Positions 1-12,106 of a stretch of DNA of 64,000 nucleotides are shown piece after piece. The stretch covers positions 1,934,422 through 1,998,421 of the forward strand of contig CM082597.2 in NCBI GenBank assembly GCA_040954595.2, given 5' to 3'. The position numbers and the translations under genes were made by a program. Positions within the stretch are counted from its first letter, which is position 1. Every line of letters begins with the position of its first letter. Origin of the DNA: Balanoglossus misakiensis (lineage: Eukaryota; Animalia; Hemichordata). A model generated the notes under the pieces. It had not been told where the DNA came from, did not search any database, and saw only the letters and a list, made by a program, of their open reading frames with translations.

Positions 1-1389
1 CGTGTAACAATCACTTTGCTTGTTCTACTAGACAAAAACTCAAGAATACCGATTGGCCACATGCCCTGAACATGTCGGACGCCCAGTACAAAGTTGTTTT
101 GACAATCAACTTCCTAGATACTTCGTCACGGTTCAGAGATTCGATCAAAGAACGGCAGTAGACAACAGAACAAAATTACCACTTGCAAAACTAGCCAATG
201 TTACATGAATCTTACGCACGGAACTTTAATAACTTTAATTACCCTTTTGTATTGCCGTACACAGTGCGATTGTTTGGTGTTGTTTACAGTCACGTGATGA
301 TAAATATTTTTCTCGGGGGAGTGGACCCATCTCTGATATGGTAGAAAGGAAATGTGACTATTTATCGACCACTCTGTTTTCACTTAAAATTCATCAAAGT
401 GTCAGCCAGCCTGACCTGTAGTTGGAAAAGACAATATTTTTGACGAGGTTTCGGATGGGCGTTGTGCGTTTCCTTAATAATACGTGGGACTGAACATTGA
501 AGGTGTAATCGGCGCTCAATATTGGCATTGTGGCCTTCTTACAAGTCTGTTTGTGCGCAGAACGCTTCCTTCGGGCGGATGTGTCATTCGAGAAGTAAAA
601 ACGCACTACACGGCTAACTGCCTCATTGTAACCAATCTTGTAGTAAGAAACAACACGTTTTATTAAAAGCCTGGCATTTTACATGGCCGGCGTAATTGCA
701 CTGACGGGGAAATTGTGCGATATTTCTTAATAATGTCCTGACTACCTCGTGGTGAATGCGCCCCTTAATAACTGACATTAAGGCAGAAACGACCACTCGA
801 GCGAAAGCTAGAATATAGGTAATTACCGCTCTAGCTCGTTTTCGGCTTTTTGACTCGCTATGCAGGGTAGCGTTCATTGGTTGCCACTCGCTCATTGAGA
901 ATGAAATGTACAATATTTGTAAAGCTATGAACAGTCTTATTAACGCAATTACCAGAGAGGGTCTTTTCATAAGTCCGACTGAGTGCTTAGTTCGCTCGTA
1001 ATTACGCTGGTCATTATCCGGGCTTTTTTGCTGCGGCTCACTGTTAGCGCCTGAATTTGCCATCAGATTTGTTGCAAAGTTTAGCCCCGAACAAAAAAAT
1101 CATGTTGTCATGAATGAAAACCTCTTTTGTTAATGTTCGATAACGGCGAAAAAAATCGTGATCAAAAATGAACGGAAGCGTCTTGCCTTAAGAAATGTGC
1201 GCCCAAGCGCGTTATTGTGTCAGCACAGGGATCTTTTGATTTTGGCGGGAAAACATTTCTAGAAATTCCACTTTCTTGGCACGAATTTTCACAATTGTAT
1301 AATTTTGACCTTCAAACTTCCCGGAATTAATGAATACACAACCGATGGCAATTTAAAAATGGTTGGTTAAATTAAAAGATAAAAGTAAC

Positions 1390-1427
<38 letters not shown>

Positions 1428-1469
1428 TTGATGATGATGATGATGGCTGCTATAGATAGAGAGAGAGAG
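1390..1469. repeat. (GAT)n microsatellite followed by a short (GA)n
   Basis: Read directly. Source of the spurious poly-His ORF 1353..1682. Confidence 0.95.
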
Positions 1470-4400
1470 AACAACTTCACTTGTACGTACTTTTAAATAA
1501 ACACCGTGATATTTCTTGAAGTGGCAGGCGATGGTTAGTGTATAGGTAGTGTTTTGTCGTTTTCTTTGAATTAGTAGATATTGCAGATAACCGGGGCAAA
1601 ATGCTTTCAACAAAGCGCAAGTCCATCGACTACTAGAACTCGATGGAGTAGAAAATACGCATTTCTTCACAGGAAAATGCATATTCTTTGTAAAGCTTCC
1701 AAAACGGTAACGGGAATTGTTATTTTACCCAACTTTCCGACTAACCGTCTCTGAATTTCCGGGTTACTTAGGGACATGTCCCGTACCGCGCTTGTTTTCG
1801 GAAGTCCGTCGGGGTTAATCGGCGGTCTGTTCTGGCGAATCTACCGGCTCGGAAATCAGAAAGATTGGTAACTTCCCATGGGGGAAGGGGATTTCAGAGT
1901 CGACAAAATGTCACGGGTAATTGTCGCGTATTAGTTGAAAGTATCACAACGGTTCTCTCAGTCTGTGATCGCGACGATATAAAAGAAAGACTGTACAATA
2001 GCTTGTCGTTCCTTTTTCGTTTCTTTCTCTCCAGTCGACGCTCGACTGCATGCACACTGCCCGCGTCGTCACAGCACACTACACCATGAAATATTCAGTT
2101 CTGATGTAATAATTCTTCATTATCATCGAAAGAAACGATTGAAAAGTCTGCCTTCGAGCGAAGAGACGCCCCGTCGTCCAACTTCCGTCGAACTCCCTAG
2201 CTTAGCATCGCTTTGTAAAGCGAGAAAAAGTATACTGGTCGCTGGAAGTCATGTTAGTTCGTTTTGCTATTTTGAATAAATAAAACATATTGTACTTTTA
2301 GGGAGAATGCATGGGTTGACTGTCCTTTCTGTGGAGAACGCGATCTAATTTACGCGTTGTCGCGCAGACAATTTTTGAATTTACTGTCGTCAACTCAAAA
2401 AGCTCTGCTCAGCACTCGGGGAGTTTTCATTACAAGTTTCGTCGCGTTTCAAAGTTATCCTTTAAGGGACAGTCTCTGCAGATATGTTTTTTTTTATCAG
2501 AATTTGTCAAAGTTTGTTTTACGCGCTGTGTGCATTAAAAAAAAATCCTTCGTTCGAACTCAGTTTCACGAACGCGACAAAAAATGTCGTGGCCAGCGTT
2601 TATAACCGACGCGTCCAATATTGGCCAACAAGACTATACTAACTCTGGACCCAGAATCTAAAGTTGATATTTGCACAAATGTGACGACGAGGAAACCACA
2701 AAACATTTGCAGGTGTTGCCTCGTCTTTCGATAAATAGGCACTTGAAAGAGCATTTCAACACGAGAAGCCAATGACAGACAAACTGTCAAACTGATTAGC
2801 AACAGTTCACGAAAAAGTCACAGAAAGTGAGTTTTGGCCGTCGGTCGATTTTTCAGCGGTAGGCACCTGGTTGCATGCTTGAGTTACCTCTTCGAAAAGC
2901 TAATACGGTTATTTGAAATAATATCTAATTCTATACTGCGGTTAGTTTTGCTTGTAAGCTGAGACGATAACTAAATACGCGAGAGACGTGTTGAAGTATC
3001 GTTCATATAGCAATTTTGTAGGCAACATTGTTTACTCGACCATGATAGTCCGCGGTCGACGCTTTGTTTCCACGTTTTGTGTGAAATTTGCCGTGTGTAC
3101 GTCAAGTTTCCCGTTCAATGAATTTCGGACCTGTTTTATATTCCCACGCTTTGCGCAGTTCCAATCGCTCCGCTCGTTTCCTATGTTTTCATACCCCGGC
3201 AAAAATATTTACAGCGATTGTGTCAATATTGTCAAAATCTGACGAAATTACTGACTCGACACGACAAAAAACTTGGCACCACTGAATAACGTGAGCGGTG
3301 TCTGTCTGTCCGCTGCGCTCTTCAATCGAATGCAGTAACACTAATAGTAATTCTTTATTTATCATTAATTTCGCGCTGTTTACACTTCTCACGAGTTGAG
3401 GTATTTGGTTAAGAAAGGAGTGATCAATAATTGGGACATGCATTATTTGAAATCATTCTCCTCTAGAGTGTTGCCTCACAGAAAACAAACAGCGATGACC
3501 TCCGATATAGAGTTCGCGGTCATCTACGAATAAATAATAGATGAAGCGACGATTAAACTGGCGATAAAATTTTAAGAGGCATATAGCTCCGACCCCTTAT
3601 AGAAAATAAAGGAGTACCCCCGATAGTCGTTAAGTCAAGTGGATCTGCACTGGTTGCAAAACCAGAATACTCGATACGCACTGTTTCAATTTTTTCCTCC
3701 CGTAATCTTTACTTTTATTCATCGGCAACGCGGTTATTTTTCTGTTCCACTGCCTCGGGTTGCCATGGCGACGTCATATTACGCAGTGTCACCATTGTTG
3801 ATTAACGCTATGGTTTGCCCGTCAGCAAATTTTGTGACTGATGCCCAACCTCGCTTGATTTATAGACTGCGCGCCGTTGTAAATAATTGCGACGGCGGAG
3901 AGAGCGCGCGCGCAATAATTAATGTTATAGGGATGCCGTGCATCGAAATACTAGCACGGCATGCGAGAAGTCACTTTTTGTCGTGCGATGAGAAAAACAA
4001 GCTCTGGTTCAAAGCTTGCAAACTCAGAAAAAAACCTCTACACTAACAAAACCAAGAAGCAGATTTTCAGGGGCTGTATTTTTAGACAAAAAATCACCGC
4101 CTAGTGGTATAACGAGCTCAGTGCTATTTTAAAGTACTAGTATACCGCTGTAACGTTTATATTAGAGTTGCATTGAGATCCACGGGGTCGGTTCGAGACT
4201 CGCCAGTTACCCTGCACACATCGGTGGTCGAGGGGGGCTTTACTGAACTAATTTAGCGCTACCAGCACGAAGTCCCCACGATAGCGCTGTAACTAGCATC
4301 CCATTCAGCGCTTTCCACGCGCAGCTCAAACGCATTTTCCGAAAACATTTATTTTGTTTGTTCGTATTCTTTTCTTCCGACTTTGGAAATATCGCCGAGC

Positions 4401-6894
4401 TAATTGTGTCTTTCGCCGCGGGACAGCTCTGGAATTTGGCTCGTTTTCGGAGCCAGCGTTCCGGTCGGTGTCCAATCTTTGTAAAGAAGTCTTTTCAAGA
4501 CCTCCTTTCTCGAAATTGTGCTCAACAGTTTACCGAGAGAATTTGCCAATCATTAGGAAGGGCCTTTGTCCGCTCGCCGTATTTGTATTTTGTGGGCTCA
4601 TGTCGGTATGGTTAATGATAATCAAGTACAAGATATAGGCACGGCAGCCCCCACCCCGGTATACCTATTGCTCAGTGACATTCAAAAGATCTTTGATTTT
4701 CTAGAGAGGCATCAAATCTCTGAATTCTAAGAGTCTCTCGAGATGTTGGTGAATCTGAAATCGTTAAAAACCAAGTAGCCTCATTCGCTTGCGAAGTCCC
4801 TGAACGAAAAACCCAATAACGGCCAAAATGAGATACTTCTATAATAACGTTTTCAATGCTTGAAAATTAAAGCACATTTAACGATGAACAGATTGAGTAT
4901 GTTATCGGCGACGTAAAATCAAAAGTCCTGCCCTGCAGATAAACAAAAATACCGGCAGCATTGGCCAGGATTATATATGTTTTATTGTCATTAACCCCCC
5001 GATAGAGAGTTGCCAGTTTCAATTTACAACTACATTTTTCCCTTTGTTATACAGCTATCGTCTGCTCTAATCGTTTTTTCGAGATATTGTCGTTATTCCT
5101 AATGGAATATTGACGTGACTACAAAAGCACTTAGCTTTGCCGTCTTGTTCCCCTGCCGTGACGTCATACTGCGCGACTCTCGCAGCAGTATCGCTAATTA
5201 AGTTATTTCAATGAACCGTGAGTGGCGGGAGAGGAAAAAAATTGAATTCGGAAAGAAAATGGTAGTCCGGAACCGTTTCGATGTAAATGTATACGCGACG
5301 GCTTTGTCGTGGGTCCGTTACCATCCGATCCTGGTGCGTAAAGCTTCCCAGGACTGGACGTCGTAGTTTTTTATCTTTTAAAGGGTGAAATTTAATAATA
5401 TTTTTTATGTGAAATAAAAAAATAAGTACATTTGTACTTTCCCACTTGTTGCATCTATACTCATCGCGTTCTTGAATCTGTGCTTCCGAACTCGGACACG
5501 GTTAAAGTCACGAATTCTCCCCGACTGCGCACTATTCAGTCGCCATGACTCCGAATTCACTGGCATTATTTTATAAATCGGAATAGAAATCAAAATTTTA
5601 AGCACGTGCTGGAAAATATCGAAATATTTCATAAAATAATCTCTTGTACGGCGGGAGTCTTGCGTGAGCCGAATCATAATTACCGTGCAGTAGTGTCGGG
5701 GAAAGGGGTCATCTCAGCATTGCTTACCTTGCAGAAGGGTTTGTGATGTCGTCTGTCAAAAAGTGGTGCAACATTTTTATTAATTTCATAATTTTTTTCC
5801 TATTTCCTTCTTAATTTTAGACCAAATGGACATAATTTTCCATTGTCTGCAGGTCTTGATCAAAATTTTAGAAAAAATGGTAAAAAGTTATGAGATTAGC
5901 TTAATTTTGTGACAAATGACATGTTGACGATTGTATTGAAAAGGTTAAGCCCACAACGGTCAAGGATGCATCAAGTTGAACTTTCTCTAAAATTAATCCT
6001 TAAATGAGGATCGAAAATCGGAGGTGAAGAGAATGGCTTATTTTTCCCGCCGAGTCAAACCAGTTTCCGCCCGAATCGTCCACAACGGGCGCATGAAGCG
6101 TTGTAGAAAAATTACTTTTGTGTTTTTTCCTACTTTAGTTCAGTTTACAATACCTTTGGTCGAATCGAGAGAAACTATAGAAGAATGGAAAACAGTCAAA
6201 CGTTAGAAATTATCCTTATTATTAGGAAAGCAAGGTTGTAAGCAATGTTGACGATATCCCACGGTGCACCCTGCTGGTAGCCAAGCCGTTCATACTCGCT
6301 TTTCAATCGTAATTATGGTAATGATGATTACAATTATGGAAAAAAAAACGTCGATTCGTCAGTTCATGTGAAAAGCAAATTAATTTGGTTTTGTAAACTT
6401 CGCATTATTGATTGTGCCTACGATCACGGATTTGCGAAAAGCGGACTATGAGTGCGTTCGAAAGGTCGCTCTTTCCCGCGCGCAGCAAACAAGGACTGCT
6501 GCATTGTCTTCCAACAAAAACGAAAACTGTAGTAATCCAACGTAGCTATTGTGATCAGCTTTATCCCTATAAACGTTTGTAAACTTTTCAAAAATAAATG
6601 TTAGCGAAAATGTAATTCCCGTAACAAAAACGTCACAACGGCTCTTGAGATTGGTATTTCTGCCACGGCGAGCGGCCATATTGGAAAGAACCAGGGACTG
6701 ACTACATATGCACACCTCGCGGATTTTACTCATTTTGTTTTGCAATAACTGTCAAGTTTGACAACAGTAGTCCTGGACTGTTTTTATTGCCCATAAATTC
6801 TCTCAGTGAAATGAATAGCGTGGAGAGAAAATAATGTATACTAGAACCTCAGCACGCAGTCAACCGTGAAAAGACATTTACTTTAAAGTTCTGT

Positions 6895-6995
6895 TTAAAG
6901 GTAGATGTGCCTGGAAAGTCAATGTCATACTTTTAAGTATTATTTGTTAAAGCAATTTTAGATTATTCTTTCCTAAAATTTAGAATAAAAACTCT
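6895..6995 (+). mobile_element. Degenerate copy of a dispersed repeat (possible non-autonomous DNA-transposon end)
   Basis: ttaaaggtagatgtgcctggaaagtcaa...tttagattattct resembles the copies at 35318 and 55123. Confidence 0.4.
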
Positions 6996-7494
6996 GGGTT
7001 TTTGTTGCCTTTTTCGGGCAGCGCGCGTTCGTCGCGTATTCAACAGTTTGTTGTGTAAACTCGCGCCCCAAACTCATGCAATATTCAATACACTAACTCG
7101 CCCAATTCAAACATGATGATTATGGAACCGCGGGGTGTCTAGCGTTGCAAGGAGTCCCTAGTGACTTATGCGGTGTTAGTTATGCCAAGCGTCGATATTT
7201 TTGATTCCGCTCCGAAATTTGTGTTTTGTTAAAATAACATTTGTTTAAATAGGTCACATACGCGCAAAGGTTGTTGGTGCTTAACGAAAACATTGAAATC
7301 GGGGTAAAACGAAACTTTATTTGGGTCACTTGGGTCCCACTTAATGGAATTTGGGCCCCCACAAGTTGCTTGAAATGGATCCATGCCCCAGTTTGATCTG
7401 AGCGACTTCGCGCCAGTACAGTGTCTCGGCGATCCATGCAGTCAGACTGTCAGAGGAGAGCACTTTTGCAAAGCAGAATGTGTTGAAAAGAAAT

Positions 7495-7563
7495 TGAACG
7501 AGTGAGTGAGTGAACGAACGAACGAATGAATGAATGAGTGAGTAAGTAAGTGAGTGAGTGAAT
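7495..7563. repeat. Compound tetranucleotide repeat (GAGT/GAAC/GAAT)
   Basis: Read directly. Confidence 0.9.
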
Positions 7564-10500
7564 ACAATGCAAACGTTTGCAAGCCTTTTCTTCAAGAAAA
7601 ATAGCTATGATACGAACATTATGCAAATAGTTCGTCCATGTATGTCTAAAAATGTCTTACGTTAAAATGTTGAAAAATACTGAATGTGAAGGGATTTTAA
7701 ATTAGTATGCTAATTGCCCTAGGTCGTATTCCGTCCATTGTACCGCCTTGTCAACATTAAATCAATTAATTAAAAAGTCCATTTCAAAGTATCTTATTGG
7801 TATTAGTTCGTCATCGCGGACATTGTCTTCGGTGACAATACCGCGCAGGCAGACGACAAAAAGTTACAAATGACACACAAAGCCGAATTGTTACAGTGCG
7901 TCGACGGGAGTGCACTGGTCACGCGCCGTGTCTTAGCGTGTGCCGTGGCGGTAATCCCTGCTCCCACTGAGTGGCAAAAATAACAAATACTGTGAGAAAA
8001 GAGGGAAATTGTAGCTCCTCCGCACGGCGGAAGGGAATGTCAGATATCTTGGGACACGTGGGTGCATCTTTTCACATTGAGGCTGTCGCGCGCAGGTCAG
8101 AGGTCACGGCGAAAAAAGACTCCAACACACGGCTGCCATTGCCACAATACGTTATAATCACCAGAACGCGATTTTGATAATCTAGGTTTGGCGGGAATTG
8201 CTTAACGACAGAAATCGGTTGGCTCGTCTCGCATTGTCACTTCCGTATATGCACTGTTATACATAGCTACCATTGCTGTTCAATATGATATCGCCAGAGT
8301 GCCGTTCGCAAATCGACTTTTTGGTGGGAATTAGCGAACGACAGAAAGCGACGAGCTCATTATAGAGAGATGTTTTGACTTGGTTGCTGTAACGAGAGAT
8401 AATTTGCTTCCACATGAATACATTCTCTTTATGACACCGTATTTCCCCCAAACTATTCATTGATGCACTATCCTCGCCACCTTCAATGGTCGTCTCCTTT
8501 CGCTCCTTTGTTGTCAAACTGTGCTGAAATTAAGCTCTCGTCGTACTCCCTCAATGAACTCACCGGATACGTCATTTCCGCACTCCAAAAGCAAAACTAC
8601 ATTGTTTGGCCCACAAATCCAAATTGACGCGCGCTACCGTTCCTTCCCGCGTCGAAGCTCGGCACTGCGTTTTGCCCTGTATCTGGCGCGCGCGTAACAA
8701 CTAATTTTGTCGTTAAGAAACGACAACGCTACAATCATTTGACAGGGACAACTTCATATTATATATAAGAAATTTAGTCTAGAATTAGATGTGCAATGTA
8801 AATGTTTTGCCGCTAAAATCTAGCCAATCACAGATTTTCGCTGGGTAGTCTCGCGCAAAAAAATTGCGCCACCACACGACCATTACAAGTTAGAATTTGT
8901 TACAGTAACAAAGTACCACCTGTTGGCTGTACATTATTGTACGTAAGCTACGCAAAACTTAGTCAGATACTCCACATCACATTTCAGCCTCTCAAAAAAG
9001 CGGGAAACCAGTTTATCGTCGCCTGTCACTCTATGACAAGTCACGTTACCACGACAACACCAAGCTATGACCATAGAGTGATATACAATGTATTAGTTTA
9101 ACGAATGACCGTTGCCATGGAGGTAAACTTTGTAACAAACATCCAGAAAGGCGCGATCGCCCATCTCGTTTCTAAAGAAGCCCATAGACATCAATAATAC
9201 ATTAATTTCAGTGCGCACAAAGTTTTGACGTTTACAGTATGTTTCAGATAATAACTTATTCCTTGCGAAACCACTTAAATTACCTATCTGTTACTGGCCT
9301 CGACTATATTCAGTCGCTCAAAAATTATGAAACTCTTTGCTGTCATTTTGTGTATTTGTTTACCGTTATCTCTAGTGTTTAAAAGCGCGTACACACCGAC
9401 TATGATTACAACGGCGCTTTGAATGCAGGAGGTGCGTGGCACACGTGACCAAGGGACCCCCTAAGTCATCTCATTTCACGCTTCACCCACGATTTTTTTA
9501 TGACAGCGTGATTTATTTTTATAATTGGCAATGTAGATGCCCTTCACATAAATTACCGACGTGGTGTACTTTTTCGAGATTTTCAGTCGCTTGACAAATA
9601 GATAACTAACAAAACGCTTGACCGAAGGGGCCATGGGCGATAAAACGCGCCCTAAAAGGGAATATTCTCGCGCGTGGAGGGGGTCGCTGCTGTGTATCGA
9701 TATCGTTCGCAAATTCATATTGAGTTTTAGTGCAACATATTGTATATTGTATCCACGACCCCTAAGACCAACAAACCAAATGTGAAACGTACCTGGCTAT
9801 AATCCACAATGCATCAGTCCCCGCATGCGCACTTCACCCATCATAGTTTCATCAGCCAGCGGTCGTCTGAAATCAACAACACGGACATATACTTGTCAGT
9901 TGCGAATAGATACACCCAACACTATTGGAACATACAAACTATAACGGAGATCCAATTTGTCCTGTGCAATAGATCGCCATTTTCGAACGACAGATACACA
10001 TTTTGTTCGTCTCTATTATCGTGTGTCAGAGAGGGACAAGCGTCACTCAGTGGCAAGATAAGTGGGGATTAAGAACTCCCATAATGTGATCAAAATTAAC
10101 CCCCCTTCTTAACAATAATCTCAAACCCTTCTGTCACAATTACATGGGTTTTAATTTACCCTAATGGTCTAGTTAATCCTGGTTACTAAATACAGTTCCC
10201 TTTTTTTCTCACACAAACTAGCTTCTTATAACAATCTCGGACCATAAGAAACAAAAAAACGCAAAACAATATCCGTTACATGGTTGACGGAAAGTGCAAA
10301 CGATGGGAAATCGCGCTGAATTGACCGGGGTGTGGACAAGACGATTTCTCCCACAAAAAGGTACACCCCAGAACGTCAGTAAACTTAGTTATGTGATGTT
10401 TCTTCCCCCGAGAATCAATTTTAGTGAAAAAAAGTGTTGACTCAGCAGGAATCATATTTTCATTTTTCGACAACATTTACGTGTTCCCGTCACCCCCGAA

Positions 10501-11539
10501 AAAATTGATCTGTACCAAGGTTGGCTTGGAATAACAATATTGTTAGCACGCAGAATAGGCGATGAATATTAGGGCAATGTATTTTTAAAGTCTATTGAAC
10601 CTTTGAGATGTTTTCCTTGTGGGAATAGGAAAACAGCTTAAGTGATCTGAGCATGGTTTATGTCCGCGCAGTCCAGGCACAGGACGAGGGCAGGGCGTGT
10701 GTTCGTGAATTAACCGTAGAGAAAGGATGGCGGAACGGTGAGAATTGTCCGCTACTAGATAAAGAGGAGTAGTTATATAAATAAGCCCGCTAACTCCTGA
10801 AAAGAAGGTCCGTGCGAATCCTAAGTTAACAATGGGGCGATTCGCGGACTAATTAAACTGTCCTGTGAAAGTTTTTTTAGCATCAAACTGTGTGTTGTAT
10901 ACGCTTGACGTTTCTTCGCGCGTAGGGAGCGACGGTGAGGTTGATTCTGTCAGATAGCGAGAAAGAATACTGTGTTTTTCTGTCGCTGTGTTGCTACGTT
11001 GTGTGGTGTGTCCAAGAAGAGTCGTGATGTTTATTTCTGAGCTAACTGTCCGTGTGACAATGATAACTTGTGTGGTCCGATAACAAGAGCGGGGAGTCGT
11101 GCCTAAATGTACGAAAAATAGTAACTTGGCCTTCGAAGCCACAATTTCTGAAGCACTTGTTTGAGATGTTTGTGTCGTTTTCAAAGCCAAATTTCAGCTC
11201 AGGTTGACATGTATGTTGTGCAATATTAATGTCTATATATCCAATTAATTCTTGAGTTAGTTAACTGCTTAGTATCGCTGATTGTTTTAGCGTAGTAACG
11301 ATATCGCTCTTCGCGGTAACTTCGCTCAGTGCGGCCGTCGCGAAGGACACCCCACCCACCGCTCCGCTCCGTTTCCTTGTAACGTTCGAAGCCACATAGT
11401 AATGTTCACGGTACTTCGGAAATGAGAGGATGGAAGACACCTAAGCACATCTTCCTGTAATTTGTCTGTTTGTCCTATCTTCTTGTTTTGAGTTTGGCCA
11501 ACGCAACCGAAACCCTCACGTCACGGCACGCGAATGGCG

Positions 11540-12027
11540 CGCGTCCAAAACCGGCGCTGGCCAATTAGAGTGACGCTTACAGTAGTGGGGGAAGAACGCC
11601 GGGTGTGATTGGGCCGCGGCTGTTAGCCCTCAAGCCAAGTGCAACGCCCACGTCGAGAGTACAATAGCAGCAAGTTGAAAAGGCGAGTTCCGGTTTTACG
11701 TATGATACATAATTACTTGAAGGGGAGCATCTAAAGTATCAGTTCAGTTTGACTAACAGATAAGTTGTCAGACACTCCCGAGCGATATTAGCGAGGATAA
11801 GACAGCCGAGGGTTCCTAAACGATTGGAAACTTTCCGTCGCCAACTTCACTTCACGACCAATCGAAAGAACGGAAGCGTCGTAGTGTTTGTCAGGATCAG
11901 ACAAGCGAACGCCGTCGTCATCTCGAGAGCCGGAATCGGACGGAACTTTCTCAGTATCTTCGGAACTGATAAAGTAGAAACTGGACGTCCACAGGAACTA
12001 CAGAACAGACAACAACCATCTTCTAAA
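11540..12027 (+). promoter_or_regulatory. Putative promoter and 5' UTR of paralog A
   Basis: CpG-rich stretch with CCAAT (11561) and inverted CCAAT (ATTGG 11608). Tandem Inr-like TCAGTT at 11739 and 11744. GATA sites at 11758 and 11967. No ATG between the Inr-like sites and 12028. The TSS is inferred, not measured. Confidence 0.5.
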
Positions 12028-12106
12028 ATGCACCGCATTGCACACCCGTCGTCAAGCAGCCCTCCCGACTGCAAACACTCGTGTTCAATGTTTCTAGCTG
12101 CAACCG
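12028..12106 (+). CDS. Paralog A coding exon 1 ([26 protein letters not shown])
   Basis: aaaATG start context and donor G|gtatgc at 12107 (phase 1). The C-terminal part matches the paralog B exon at 39180 (CKxSCxMFLxxT). Confidence 0.8.

Noticed and set aside
4100-4205. Pol III A/B-box-like words (tagtggtataac ... ggttcgagact) suggesting a tRNA or SINE
   Set aside because: I could not form a cloverleaf, the spacing is long and no second copy was seen.
11824-12027. N-terminal extension of exon 1 from a TTG start
   Set aside because: It has no ATG and no similarity to paralog B or to a PNT domain. Treated as 5' UTR.
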